64,000 bases of DNA from Chara braunii. Taxonomy: Eukaryota > Plantae > Charophyceae. Shown here one piece after another: positions 23,435 to 36,250 of this stretch. Under the pieces are notes generated by a model. It was not told the DNA's origin. It worked only from the letters and a program-made list of their open reading frames with translations, and made no database searches. A program made the translations under genes and the position numbers. Every line of letters begins with the position of its first letter. Within the stretch, counting starts at the first letter, position 1. The DNA is taken from the NCBI GenBank assembly GCA_003427395.1, contig BFEA01000017.1:2740635-2804634 (forward strand), read 5' to 3'.

Positions 23435-24960
23435 TCTCTTTCTGCTAGTTTCAATGACGGGTATGATTTGATCATTGATTCCCCCCCCCCCCCGAATCAA
23501 CTACCCTTCATTCAGAGGGGCTGATTAATCTGGAAAGAAAAAATGCTCCTGTCGTGGGCAAGTTGGAGAGGGGAAGTCTGTCCTCCTGAGCTTTGTGTAC
23601 CTCAAGCGTTTTTGTTTCAAACGGACCTTTGACCATTTGTGTCCACCTTGAGGAAGGAGGGGTTGACTGTCCTTGATTTGCATTTAATTTAATCCCGTTA
23701 AACTTTATGATAGAGGACATAATTTGGGCGCCGGTTAACTTGGCTGCTGAAGAATTCTCACTATAATTCCCCTTGTTCACTGTCTCTTGTCGCGATTCCT
23801 CTCCTCCTCTTCCATCACCTATTGTTGCTCCTTCTTCTGCATCGTTTACCCCATCCTCCTCCGCATCTTCCTTCCTTCCTTCTCCATTCTCCTCCGACTT
23901 CTCTTCCCCCCTCTTAACCCAACCTCCCCCCTGCTCTGTCCCCATCCTCTTTCTTTTCCTCTCCGCACCTCCGCTCCCCATGCTTCTTTCCTTCAAAGAG
24001 GGGAATTCTCTCAATATCCTTGAAGCATCCCCCCCCCTGTCCTTGATTTACCTTTTCTGCCTGATCCATTGTGGTTACCACAGAAGAATTTCCCCCTTCG
24101 TAGTAGCATGCTTGTGAAATTATGATTCTGTTGTCTGCTTGGGTGAGTGAGAGTGACGTCGCCTCTCCTCCTTTCCAAGTCCTTTTATCCAAAGAGAACA
24201 AAAGTTTATCATTCAAGTTCCTTCCATCCTCCAGGTTAAAAGGAGTCACGGTGTTCATAGTTATTACTTCTTCTTGTTGCAGGCCACCTTCCAGACTCTG
24301 CCCGACCTTCTCTGTGAGAAGAGACGTCATTGGTGAATAGCAGAAGCTACCCATGACATTCACAATCCTTTGGTTTGTAGTGAGTCAGAACTGTTTATTC
24401 AATGAGAGAGAGCGATCCTCAGCTGGTGTATCCTCTCTTCTTCCGTGAGCACTTCATCATCAGAGAACACCGGTACTTGGGCGACGCCTTAGCGTTAACG
24501 CTACGCGATTTCCGCGGCCGGCGGGCCGTTGATAAATCGAATCGACAGACCGTGCTGCTTCGAGATTTGGGCGGCCGGCGCGGCGCGCAGTGCCCAAGTA
24601 CTGGTGGTTTAAATGCTTCTGACTTTTCCTTGGAGGTGTTTCCTATCAATGCTGAGTCTGTACTGTAAAACCATCATTGCGAACTGGGAGCTCACAATTG
24701 CCCAAGTTTTGGAATTGGTGCCAATGAGCTCTTTATGTGAGGCCGTGAGGTCGTGGGCTGCCCCAATAGATCAAATCAACTTCATACAGCTCCCGAGGCC
24801 TAACATCCAGCCTATACTACTATCTGGACTTCAAAAAAAAAAGGGAAAAAGAGAAGAAATGGAAGAAAAAACCTGCCACAGAGTGCACCTCATGACTGAG
24901 GAAACAACCACAGTATTCTTCTGATACACGAGCTGCCTGAGGAATAAAACCAGGCAGTCC
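23435..24960 (-). pseudogene. Probable degenerate LINE ORF1-like fragment
   Basis: Patchy minus-strand ORFs with an E/G/K-rich low-complexity region and a degraded Cys/His motif near 24870; family not firmly recognised. Confidence 0.35.
24466..24608. mobile_element. 143-bp element with ACCACCAGTAC-type inverted ends; TTAA on the right side only
   Basis: Ends aacaccggtacttgggcg / tgcccaagtactggtggt; flanks AGAG (24462-24465) and TTAA (24609-24612). Confidence 0.75.
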
Positions 24961-24981
24961 CTGAAAGAAAAGACTACTGTG

Positions 24982-25096
24982 CATCCTTCCGGACATCTGT
25001 TAAAAATTGGAACGATAAAGAGAAGATTGCATGGCCCCTGCATGCAAGGATGACACGCATAAATCGAGAAATGGTCCAAATTGAAAAAAAAAAAAA
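24982..25096 (+). pseudogene. U6: U6 snRNA retropseudogene
   Basis: ggacatctgttaaaaattggaacgataaagagaagattgcatggcccctgcatgcaaggatgacacgcataaatcgagaaatggtccaaatt matches plant-type U6; ACAGAGA box mutated to AAAGAGA; poly(A) 25084-25096; TSD gactactg(t/c)g at 24972-24981 and 25098-25107. Confidence 0.92.
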
Positions 25097-26197
25097 GGAC
25101 TACTGCGTTCAAGTTCGCCTGTATTTGGGGCAACTTTGAGTCTAGATAGAGCAAAAATGATGGTTATATTCAGGTGAACACAGTAGAAAAGAGGACTGCC
25201 TGATTTTCTTCCTCTGGTAGCGTATATCAGTTGTCAGGTACACCCTCCTGCAGTGTTTTTTTTTTTTTTTTTTTTTNNNNNNNNNNNNNNNNNNNNNNNN
25301 NNNNNNNNNNNNNNNNNNNNNNNNNNNNNNNNNNNNNNNNNNNNNNNNNNNNNNNNNNNNNNNNNNNNNNNNNNNNNNNNNNNNNNNNNNNNNNNNNNNN
25401 NNNNNNNNNNNNNNNNNNNNNNNNNNNNNNNNNNNNNNNNNNNNNNNNNNNNNNNNNNNNNNNNNNNNNNNNNNNNNNNNNNNNNNNNNNNNNNNNNNNN
25501 NNNNNNNNNNNNNNNNNNNNNNNNNNNNNNNNNNNNNNNNNNNNNNNNNNNNNNNNNNNNNNNNNNNNNNNNNNNNNNNNNNNNNNNNNNNNNNNNNNNN
25601 NNNNNNNNNNNNNNNNNNNNNNNNNNNNNNNNNNNNNNNNNNNNNNNNNNNNNNNNNNNNNNNNNNNNNNNNNNNNNNNNNNNNNNNNNNNNNNNNNNNN
25701 NNNNNNNNNNNNNNNNNNNNNNNNNNNNNNNNNNNNNNNNNNNNNNNNNNNNNNNNNNNNNNNNNNNNNNNNNNNNNNNNNNNNNNNNNNNNNNNNNNNN
25801 NNNNNNNNNNNNNNNNNNNNNNNNNNNNNNNNNNNNNNNNNNNNNNNNNNNNNNNNNNNNNNNNNNNNNNNNNNNNNNNNNNNNNNNNNNNNNNNNNNNN
25901 NNNNNNNNNNNNNNNNNNNNNNNNNNNNNNNNNNNNNNNNNNNNNNNNNNNNNNNNNNNNNNNNNNNNNNNNNNNNNNNNNNNNNNNNNNNNNNNNNNNN
26001 NNNNNNNNNNNNNNNNNNNNNNNNNNNNNNNNNNNNNNNNNNNNNNNNNNNNNNNNNNNNNNNNNNNNNNNNNNNNNNNNNNNNNNNNNNNNNNNNNNNN
26101 NNNNNNNNNNNNNNNNNNNNNNNNNNNNNNNNNNNNNNNNNNNNNNNNNNNNNNNNNNNNNNNNNNNNNNNNNNNNNNNNNNNNNNNNNNNNNNNNA

Positions 26198-29100
26198 CAG
26201 GGCTCTCAAGATGGCCTGGCCCTTCCAGTCTTACCAGTCCTATTCCCTTGGACCAGGCCGGGCAGGGGTGGCGATATGGATCCCGCCAGAATAGAGACTT
26301 GAAGTGTTGTACTGCGAAAATAATGAGGAGGAGGGAAGGTGGATATCTGTACTAGGGATGCTGGAGTTAGGAGTGGGGAATGTTATTTGTGTTTATGCCC
26401 CTAATGCGGTGAACGAGCGACGAGTCTTTTTAGAAAAGATTGAAACCAAGGTGCAATCTCACATCCCGGTGATCCTTGCAGGAGACTTCAACGCTGCACC
26501 AGACCGGTGGCTGGACCGCTGGAGAATCCCTCCCTCCACCACGGGAAGCGCTGAAGAGGACGAGCGAATGCATCATAACTTGTGTAGTGTCCCTTTTTGA
26601 TTCCTTCCGACGCCTGTACCCCATGGACCGCACGTTCTCATGCATAAGGAACGAGAACCAGTCTCGGTTGTCCAAATCTCGGATTGACCTGATACTATTA
26701 TCAGACTCACTTGAAGGGTTTCTGGCACAGGCTGTGATCCTCCCTCTCAGTCCCTTCCCAGGCCTTGATCACAAGATGTGCATGCCCGCCTTGACCTTCC
26801 GTAAGAGACTGGACCGTGGGCCAAGCTTCTACAAGCCTAACACATTCTTATTGCAGACCGACTCCTTACAATACCTGCGCCAAGCATGGTCTTTCTGGCA
26901 GGAGCGCCGCCCGGAACTTGACTCATATGTTACATGGTTCAATAACATCCTCCTCTTCCTTGCTAAAACAAGTAATGAATTCACCAAATGGGTAGCAGCC
27001 CAGAGATACCAAGAAATCAAAACTATGCATTAACTCTACGTGAGAAGGATGAAGTTCCGCAGGGGCGGAACCCCCCTGAATCACAAGAGGGGCAGAATTA
27101 TATGCAGATATTAAAGGACCAACTTTTTAAGCGAGCCCGCTACCGCCGAAAAGGAGCACGAATATGGGCAAAATTGCCAAAGTTTACATCAGAAGGCGCG
27201 ATGGACGCCCATTTTTTTTACATCACACAGATCAGAGCGAAATGTTCCACTATTGAGTTCTGATATGACGCTGAAGTAAACGGAGAGGGCATTGCCCTCT
27301 CGAGAACTAGGTGCGTCAAGATAGCAAAAGATTTCTACAAGGACCTGTTCTCCTCACATGTTCCACAATGCTGTGGAATGATCGAGGAATATCTTACCCC
27401 ATTAAACATGTCTCTCTCAGACATTCAAAGAAGGAGCCTTGAGTGCCCCCTGATGAAACACGAGATTTGGACAGCTCTGGTGCAAATGGAGGAAGAGAAG
27501 ACCCTTGGCATACATGGCTTCCCCAAGGAATTTTTGGAGGTAATGTGGGACACCCTGAGCCAAGATGTGATGGACTTCTACACGGACGCATGGAACACGG
27601 GAGGGATGAGAGAGATGGTAGGTATGAGGGTCCTTTCGCTGCTTTACAAAAAGGGAGACAAAATGAATATTCGAGATTATAGGCTCATTACCCTCCTCAC
27701 ATTAACGTACAAAATGCTAGCTAAAACGTTGGTCAACAGAAGGATCCCGTTGATGGAGGACATCATCCACCCTGCGCAGACTGGCTTCCTGCGGAACAAA
27801 AACTACTCAGGAAAATATACTGCTGGTCCACGAAGTCCTCCAACTGGCCAGACATTCGTGCAAAAATGTGGCGCAGGTGTTTATAAACTTCGAAAAGGCC
27901 TACGACCACGTAAATTGGGAATTTCTTGATAGTTGCCTGCAAAAGATGAACTTTGGGCCGATGTTTCGGTGATGGATTCATATCCTCCATTATAATGTCA
28001 CCACCTGCATAAAGTTAAACGGCGCATCGGTCCCCCCAATATGATTGGAGCGGTCGGTTCGCCAAAGGGACCCCATAGCACTTTTCCTTTTTTTTATCAT
28101 CATGGAGGCGTTTTCGGAAAACCTCCTTGCAAACAAGGATAACACAAGGATTAAAATAGACCATATTCCGGAGGACGCAGTCCTGGTGTGTTCCCTGTTT
28201 GCAAATGACCTTGGTTACCCTAGGAGGCCCCACTTAGTCCTAGAGGTGTCGATGACAGCAACCGGTTGCCCCCAAACTAACGATGAATGGATCAGTTCCC
28301 CCACCCTTACTAAATTGTCCAATTCGTGAAACAAGCCCACATCTCTTTTTGGTGGGGTACTAGTGATCAACAATGTGGTTTTTGCCTCCCTTCGGTATAC
28401 ATCGATGGTGTGGCCACTGAGCAAAGGGGTGTTGTGCACACTAAAGCTAAGGTGGCGGCCTTTTTATGGCGAGGGGATGAAAAACTGACAAATGTGATAA
28501 GCCGAGTAGCGTGGGACTCAATCATATAGCCTACAGTTGCAGGGGGGTTAGAGATAATTGATCCCACAACACAGGCTATGACACTCCGACTACAATGGAT
28601 CAAGAAGTTGATCTTTGCTACTAACAGCCCCTCGGGACCCCTGGTCTTAGAACATCTCGCAGGTATGACCCCTTTGGCTCCCCCGGGTGTGCACCCCCTT
28701 ACTTGGCTAGGGGACCATCACTGGGCTATCCTGCGAAGGTGGCCACGTAGGACGGGGGGAGCCCAGCGAACTAATGGACTGCTTTTGGCCGTCCATTTTG
28801 CGAAGCTGGCAGAAACTCCACCTCCCGAATAGACAACACCCGAATCGGTGGGAGGAATTGCTTCGCCAACCCCTTTTTGGGAACCGCTGACTCACTGACA
28901 GGTTTGGCAAGGTAATGTGTAGTTCAGCGGCCCTATGGAGGAGCAAGGTGAAAAATGGGGTTAATCGAATAAAGGATATCTAGGACTGTGACCGAGGCAG
29001 ATGAAGAACAACAGACGAGCTACACGACTCCTTGAAGTACTGCCACCACATCTGTCGCAGTTTGGACATGCTTATTGAGGTCGTACCGCTGTCCTGGTAT

Positions 29101-29205
29101 AGGGTATTGAGGAGAGGCCCCTCTCTGCAGAAAGGGGATTGGATAGAAAATAGGAGGGGTCACCGGTTAGGTGGAGAGGATACATATGACCCAAACGCAG
29201 GACGT
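26198..29205 (+). mobile_element. L1/Tx1-type LINE ORF2 (APE endonuclease and RT), degenerate; part 1 of a split element
   Basis: APE motifs CVYAPN, ILAGDFN, SRIDLIL, DHK; RT motifs DYRLITLL..YKMLAK, AQTGF, FEKAYDHV, VRQRDP, LFAND. Confidence 0.9.
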
Positions 29206-31229
29206 TGTCGTGCGCATCGGTCCCGCATTGGGCGGGACCCTCCCGACCGCGTCACGCAGGAGTTGGTCTACCTCATGATACACATGGAGCTTTTGCAAGC
29301 CGCTTCGGCCGAGTGCGTTAGCCATGCCTCTCGCGAGCCCCTACGACAGAGTAGGGCCAACGCGAGGTACAACTTACCTCCACCTACGGGAGCTCTCACC
29401 TCCCTTCGGTGGGCGTGTCCCCGTCGAGCTACAAATCCACAGTACGAAAGTTAATCAGTTGCAATCGCAGAAGTGGACCAGCCGAGAGCGTTTCTCGTTC
29501 GCAGTAGCATAGGGGTACGCGCGGTCTCACACCTCTACCGAACCCGCACGCGAACTGACGCGCTGGGGGACTGACGTCCCAAGCGCGATTCAACGTCGGT
29601 CGACTAGGACGCATCCCGAATACCACGCATTACACCACAATACTCATACATATGGAACGACACAAAACAAACAACACAACAAAAATCCTAGTCCCTTTTG
29701 TAGTCATCCCATAACCTTCCGACGCGGAAATCAGACAAGCGCGAGACTTAGTATCAAACCGCGCAGCTGCAGAGTCTTCCCATATCGACTAACAATGAAT
29801 GAATATGCAAGCAGTCGCAATGATGGCGTACTATGTAGTGCCTATAATCAAGCGGTCCCTCGTGGATCCGAGTACCGCTTATGACACTCAAGTGTTAATC
29901 TCGAAGTATCATGAGGGTCGAGCCCTTCACGATATTGCAGGGCTGAAGGAATAACCGTTCGGCCCCCGCGGCATCTTCGGCCCTTAGGCTGAGTGTCCTG
30001 GTGGGTAGGACAAATAGGCTCTTCGCGGTGGGTGATCCCTCTCGCGCGAAGTCTAGGACCTGAGATATCTTGGACAACGACCTCGAATCCAGGCCCATGA
30101 CCAACGTCCGACTAAAAAACTTTAAGAAGCAAAAACGGTAAAGAAAAGGAGTCTCCTTTCCTCTCTCAATCTCAACCCCAATTAAACCCTTACGCGTGGG
30201 CTTTTTAGGCCACACGAACACTCAAACGTAGGTACGTACGTATATATACAGAGGGGAATAAATATGTGACGATCACTTCTCACAATCACAATGAGACTCC
30301 TCTCAGCCTTATATATGTGTGTGATCGCAGACAGTCAGTTTCAAAGTCCGAACTACAAAACATACCTGCAATCAGAATCAATCAAACGTCCACACACTAC
30401 TCGAGGTCAACTTCAACCATTCTCTATACTCATATCCCTTGCTTTAGCCATGCAAACCACAACCTTTGTCTAACCTTCCCAAATAAATACTAAATACCTT
30501 TGTTAAATGGTCATTCAATAAAAGTCTGGGTGAAAACCGTAATAAAACAATAGAAACCACCCGGACTAAAACCTTTTAGGTTGGGTAACGGGAATGGATT
30601 GGAGATGAGTCGTAGACTGACGAATCGGTAACCGACCTGTTATTCGTGATAACAGGTGATGATCTTTGTAGGATCAAGCTGAAACTAGTCCAAATATTGA
30701 ATCAAATTTTAGGCTACCAGAGTGGCCCGGGGTCACTTGCCCGGCCAAAAATAAAATAAAATTAAAATAAATAATCATTTTTTTTTTTTTTTAATTTGGT
30801 GAGAAATTTCGATGTTACCCCTGAGGCAAAAGTTGTTCAGTTTATTTTTCTGCATAACATAGTTTTTTTTTTTTATGTTTTGGAATTTTTTTTTTTTTTT
30901 TTTTTTTTTTTNNNNNNNNNNNNNNNNNNNNNNNNNNNNNNNNNNNNNNNNNNNNNNNNNNNNNNNNNNNNTTTTTTTTTTTTTTTTTTTTTTTTTTGCT
31001 GGAACCTTCCATGGTCCTTGCACGGGCTGGCGACCCGGGACCCGGGCGGCCCGGCTGATAGCTTAGATCAGAACGCTAAAAAAAAGGACTTGTACCGCAA
31101 GACAGGTCAATCCCCAAACTAAATATCAGTGTATGGGGGATAAACCTCCATAACACATTTTCACTCAAAGCTTACTAATGAGTAAGTCTAGGTTAACATC
31201 TAAGTTAGTGTAAAAAAAAAAAGTAGACG

Positions 31230-31870
31230 TTTGAAAAAATCTCTACTATTTAAGGGTGAACCACTAAAATCGCTACCTGTCAAAATATATTTTATCTCCT
31301 CAAAATAAAGAAAATTTCGGTAGCGCTTCCTATAGAAAAAATGTCTTTTCAAAATTTATATTAGCCCAAATATAAAAACTGAAATAATCTTTAACTCTAG
31401 AAAGTCAAATTTTGTCTAACTTCCTGAATTAGTAAAAATTCGGGTAGCATTTCCTTTATAAAAGTAGACTTCCGAGATCTATACTAAGTAAGATATGAAC
31501 TCAAACATAAGACTTAAGTTCTATCATGACAAAATTTAACTAACTCCTTAAATTTGTAGAAATTTTGGCAGCGCTTCCCGTAGGGAAAGTAACTTTTTAA
31601 AATTTATACAAAGCTAAATTCAAAATCTAATAATAACTTTGACTTCCCAAAGTCTAATTTTGTCTAACTCCCTGAATTAGCAAAAAAATGGACAACACTC
31701 CCTTTAGAAAATGAGACTTTCCAGATTTTTACTAAGCCATATATAAAATTTAGACAAGCTGAACTTTGAAAAGTCAAAAACGGACTAACTCCTTGCTTTT
31801 GTAGAAATTTTGGCAGCGCTTCCTATAGAGAAACTGGTTTACCAAGATTTATACAAGACCAAGTATAACA
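31230..31870. repeat. Degenerate ~120-bp AT-rich tandem array inside the solo LTR
   Basis: Recurring aactcc(c/t)tgaattagtaaaaatt..gg(t/c)agcgcttcctatagaaaa units. Confidence 0.6.
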
Positions 31871-34800
31871 AAAGATCCTATAAAATGCAGAAATTAACCT
31901 CAGTAAAAAAATTAACTAAAAAAATGCAGAAATCGAACTAACTCTTATAACTCTAGCACATGGCGAACTTCTAAAACAAGCACCTATTAGACTAAAATTC
32001 AGACTAAGTAGTAATCTCACTCTGCCACATGGAGGTCAAACCACAGAGGTAAATACTCTCACAAGCCCAAAGTTAACTTCTTGGTCAAACATTCGTTCGT
32101 AGTCTTTCAATGATTTATCCCTTATACCCAACTTACATAAAGCTTAAAAATAGACCATCCAATCTTATGGGAACCTCTCCAGCTCAGCCATAGAGTATGC
32201 ACAAACACAGGACACTGCAACTTTTCTCTTCCTTGGGCATATGACTAGGCTATCTAACCTAGTCGCCCTAAACTATTTAAGTATTCAAGTTATATATATT
32301 TGTCTGCACTTAGTCTTTTAAGGTAGCATATGACTGAACCGATCATCTTAGATCAAGGTTCAGCCTGCGCCTTCTTACCTCAGGTTTATTCTTAATTCAT
32401 ACTCTCTTCAGTTAATGATAAGCTATAGTCAGACCATCAAATCTTATGAAAAGATGTCTGACTAGCTTGTTCGTAAGTAAAAATAGTAAAGAAATATAAA
32501 CAACTTTATCCCTTTGGTTCTAGCATGTACGTGACTCCAGACCAGACCACCCAAAATTACGAGAACCTGTCCAGTCCTTTGCTTGAATTCTCCCTCAGAA
32601 TGAAACAAGTGAGAGTCAAGGTCATTCAATCTTATAGAATATGTCAAACTCTCTTTCAGAAACTAATAAAACATAAGAAAACTCAAAGAAAACAAGGTAA
32701 CCAAGCCATCAACTGTTATGAAAAAATGCTTGGCCCCTGAAAGTCAAGCACAGACAACCCGCACAAGTCAAAATAACCAGGTCACCCAATCTTATGACAA
32801 CATGTCTGGTCCTTTAGACAATAAAAAATAAACATAGCACTGGGCCCTCCAATCTTATGGAGACTCTCCCAGCCTTTGATTAACCCAGTCAAACACAATC
32901 AATACAATTTTTCTCTCACCTTTCCCCCAGATGCAACCCTTTTTCACAATCTTCTTTCAGTCAAACAACAAATTTGAAACTGAAATTGCATAAACATTCA
33001 TTTATTAAGTCAGCTTTGTGTCATGAAAATCAAACTAAAAGTCAAAGTAGGGATACAAACAATATGACAATATATTATTATGTCAAACGTAACAAAACGT
33101 ACATATATGGGTTAAAATTGGGATTATCGATGGAAAACAATGATTACCTCTCAGTTCCCTGTCTCCAGAACTCCTCATGAGTTCCGGCAGAGCTCCCGCA
33201 ATCGGTGGGCAGACTCCCCATAAAGTCTTGCTGCGGTCCTACGGCTTGCAATCCCGCCTGTCGCCTTCCTCCCGTAAATTGGATTAATTTAGACTTAGAT
33301 TAAGAAGGACAGAAGATAAGGGGTTTAAGACTCTCGAGATACAAGAGGGAGACAAACGCAACTCTCAGGAGAAAACCTTGTTTCCTTCAATCACTTGAGG
33401 GCCCCACAATGATGGCCAAAACGTGTTGCAGCCTAATCAACTGAAGTCAACTGCCCACCGTTAGCTATCAAGCGACTTCCAAAATCGCAACAAAAGTCCC
33501 CCTTCCAGGACTCATCCACCACCTAATCTTCTATTCGCCCGACTACTCTGGCATATTTATACTCACACAACTTTTTGGCAAGCCGAAGACGAGGCAGAAT
33601 GCGTTGAGGAAACTCCACCTGACCAACTGCATATAGTAATCGTAGTGAACAAAACGATCGCAGTAGTAAAACATCACTTGATGCCCAACAATACGCATAC
33701 GAAGCACCAGCACAATGCTGTTCAACAGACTATGCGGTGAACATGTAGCGGGTGTACCCTGAAAAACGCAATTAGACTACGTAAAGGAGCACTACAGTCT
33801 GTTGTTTTTCAGTAATGGCACCTATCAACAACACAGGCTCATAGCCCCACGGTCACGACAAGAACCCATCACCACAGGAGTTGTGCATCATGTAGGCAAG
33901 CGATAGCAACTACCAACGCAGCTGCGGATTCTCCTCACACTGTCCTCCTCAATGTACGTTTGATTCTTACTTGTAGCGATGTCTCCAAACTGCAACTTCG
34001 AATCGAGCCTTCTGATAGCGCGCGAAAAAACATACCCGTCCCAGATATAACCACCAAGCAAAACAAATCTTGGTAGCGGGGCGATAGTACCTTGATGATC
34101 ACGACCCCTTGTAGGATCGACAACCAACACGGTTGCCTCGATTCCCACGAGCAAGCCTGTGATAATCCTGTATCTGTTAGTAGAGGCAAACCATGCACAC
34201 GTAGGTGTCTGTCCCTCAGACTTTTTCGCAGACCAGGTACATATGCAGTTTCAATGCTGCTTTCCCCCTTCCGATATCGGTTAACTCCTGGCTAGAATAT
34301 TGCCTCGATTCGTTCCAACGGACCGTATGAAGAAGTAGGAGGTCACTGCAATGATGGCTGAGAAGGTGACTTCGTGATAAGGAGAATGGCCACAATGGCT
34401 ACGAGACCGACATCGTTGCGATGGCTACCAATACCAGCGGTGCTACACACGCCACCAAAAAGATAAGTGGGTTGTACACGACCGTCTACCCGAATTCCTT
34501 TGCTTTCGAATGCACCTGGTCAATCCTCCGGCCAGATTCACTCACTTTTCTCGCACTCCGCTCTCACTTTTCGAGACATCCCGGCTTCATGCTCCTTCCA
34601 CCGACAACCTAAGCAAAATCCCAAAGATTTTTTGGCTAAAATCACAGAAATCGATACTGCCCCGCTTATAGGTTTAACACTTCCTCTTTCTCTGTAGCTG
34701 GTTTCGCACCGCTTTCATAGAGCAAAAATTCGGAGAAATCTCTTACAAAAAACGGCAAGATACACAACGCTTCGATATTCCTCCTCCCGCACGCAACTCT

Positions 34801-35499
34801 CAACGTCCATACCACTGAAACCACCAACTAATGACCAAATCCACCGCTGCCATTCACTTCGCCCTACTCCAAAACCCCAAAATCTCATCTTCTTTCACTC
34901 GATTTGATCAAGCAGCAAGTGAACTCTTTGTTTCACAACCCCATCATTCCCATCTTCACCATTCGTCTGTGCAGGACTAACTCCTCTTCTACTAATCCTT
35001 CCCCAGAACTACACAAACGAGTTCGCCTTGCCTAAAAATCTCAGAACCTTAACTTCACTCGCTCGTTTTCATTGAGAAACGAGCGAGTCATGCGAATTTC
35101 ACTCCCATCACTCTCGTTTTTCCTTTTACCATAGCTCCGCGCAGTAAGTTTTCTTACTTACATTCTTTCGGCTACTCTAACACTCAATCTAGTCTCACCA
35201 TCATACTCGCCTACTATCCAAACCTCAACTTTCAAGTTGACCTTCGTTTTGCCCGATTTCATAAAGGATCGGGCAAGAACTCCTTTCTTCCCTCTGGTAT
35301 GCCCGCCTAGCACCGCCATCGTCCTCTGCATTTCACATGAACCTGGCAAGACCCACGTCCGGCTTCACCAGCTCTGACTCACGGCACAGCGCGTCGTGGT
35401 TGATAGCGCCCAGCCCATCAGTCATACACTAACTGTTCATCAGTTCCAGCCATCCTATAGAAAGGTCGGAGAAAGCCTGCTATAACCGACACGATTTGC

Positions 35500-36250
35500 C
35501 CTTTCGCCCGTATGCCCGAAACCAACAGACGATTCGCATATCGATGTTGCCGCGGCCTCCTCCACTGCTTCTCGATCAGCCTGAGGGAAATCTCCGAGGA
35601 GAGGCAGCTTACGGGATGGTCCGATTAGTCTTTCACCCCTATACCCAAATTCGACAACCAATTTGCACTGCAGTATCACCACACCCTCCACAAAGTTTCC
35701 TCTGATTGCACTGCCTGAGCAGAGCCCACCGCCTTTCGGGCCCCCAACGGGCATACACAGTCCATGCTCTTCACAACATATCGCAAGATCGAGGGCACGG
35801 GCCTGCTGCAAACCCGTAGCGTGAGCCTCAGTGAAGCAGGCCCCAGTGCAGATCTTGGTGGTAATAGCAAATACTCAAGTGAGAACTTTGAAGACCAAAG
35901 TGGAAAGAGGGTTCCGCAGGTGAGCAGCCGCTGCAGTGGCCTTCCCACATTGACCCGGGCCACTCTGCCCGGACGCTGCTCACCTCTTTTCACGTCTCAA
36001 CGAGCATACACACACTCAATCTTTTTTTTTTTTTTTTGTAATAAACAACGGGTGGCGGCCACATTCCCGCAGCGTTCCCTTGCTATCCTCAGTCTACAGC
36101 AACCCAGGTCCGCTCGGAATGTTCTCCAATCCCCTTCTACTTTAAGCTATCGATGCTCTCCAAGCGGGAAATAAGGAAAATCACGACCACGGACCTCACC
36201 ACTCTTACACGCATTGAATTCTTCGGTCCTTGTTTCAAGACAGTCAGGAT
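35500..36250. pseudogene. Scrambled, degenerate 25S/28S rRNA fragments in both orientations
   Basis: Antisense 35580-35760 (cctgagggaaa..gatggtccgattagtctttcacccctatacccaa..tttcgggcccc); a more decayed antisense duplicate at 35500-35565; sense 35791-35930 (gtgcagatcttggtggtaatagcaaatactcaagtgagaactttgaag); antisense 36199-36250 (ggtccttgtttcaagac). Confidence 0.8.

Noticed and set aside
9874-26355. Long ORFs spanning N-gaps or microsatellites (poly-X, RERE, CVCV, poly-K/F)
   Set aside because: Artefacts of assembly gaps and simple repeats; the same applies to ORFs at 43930-44426 and 51477-54258.
35500-36250. Functional rRNA gene
   Set aside because: The pieces are short, heavily mutated, rearranged and on both strands.
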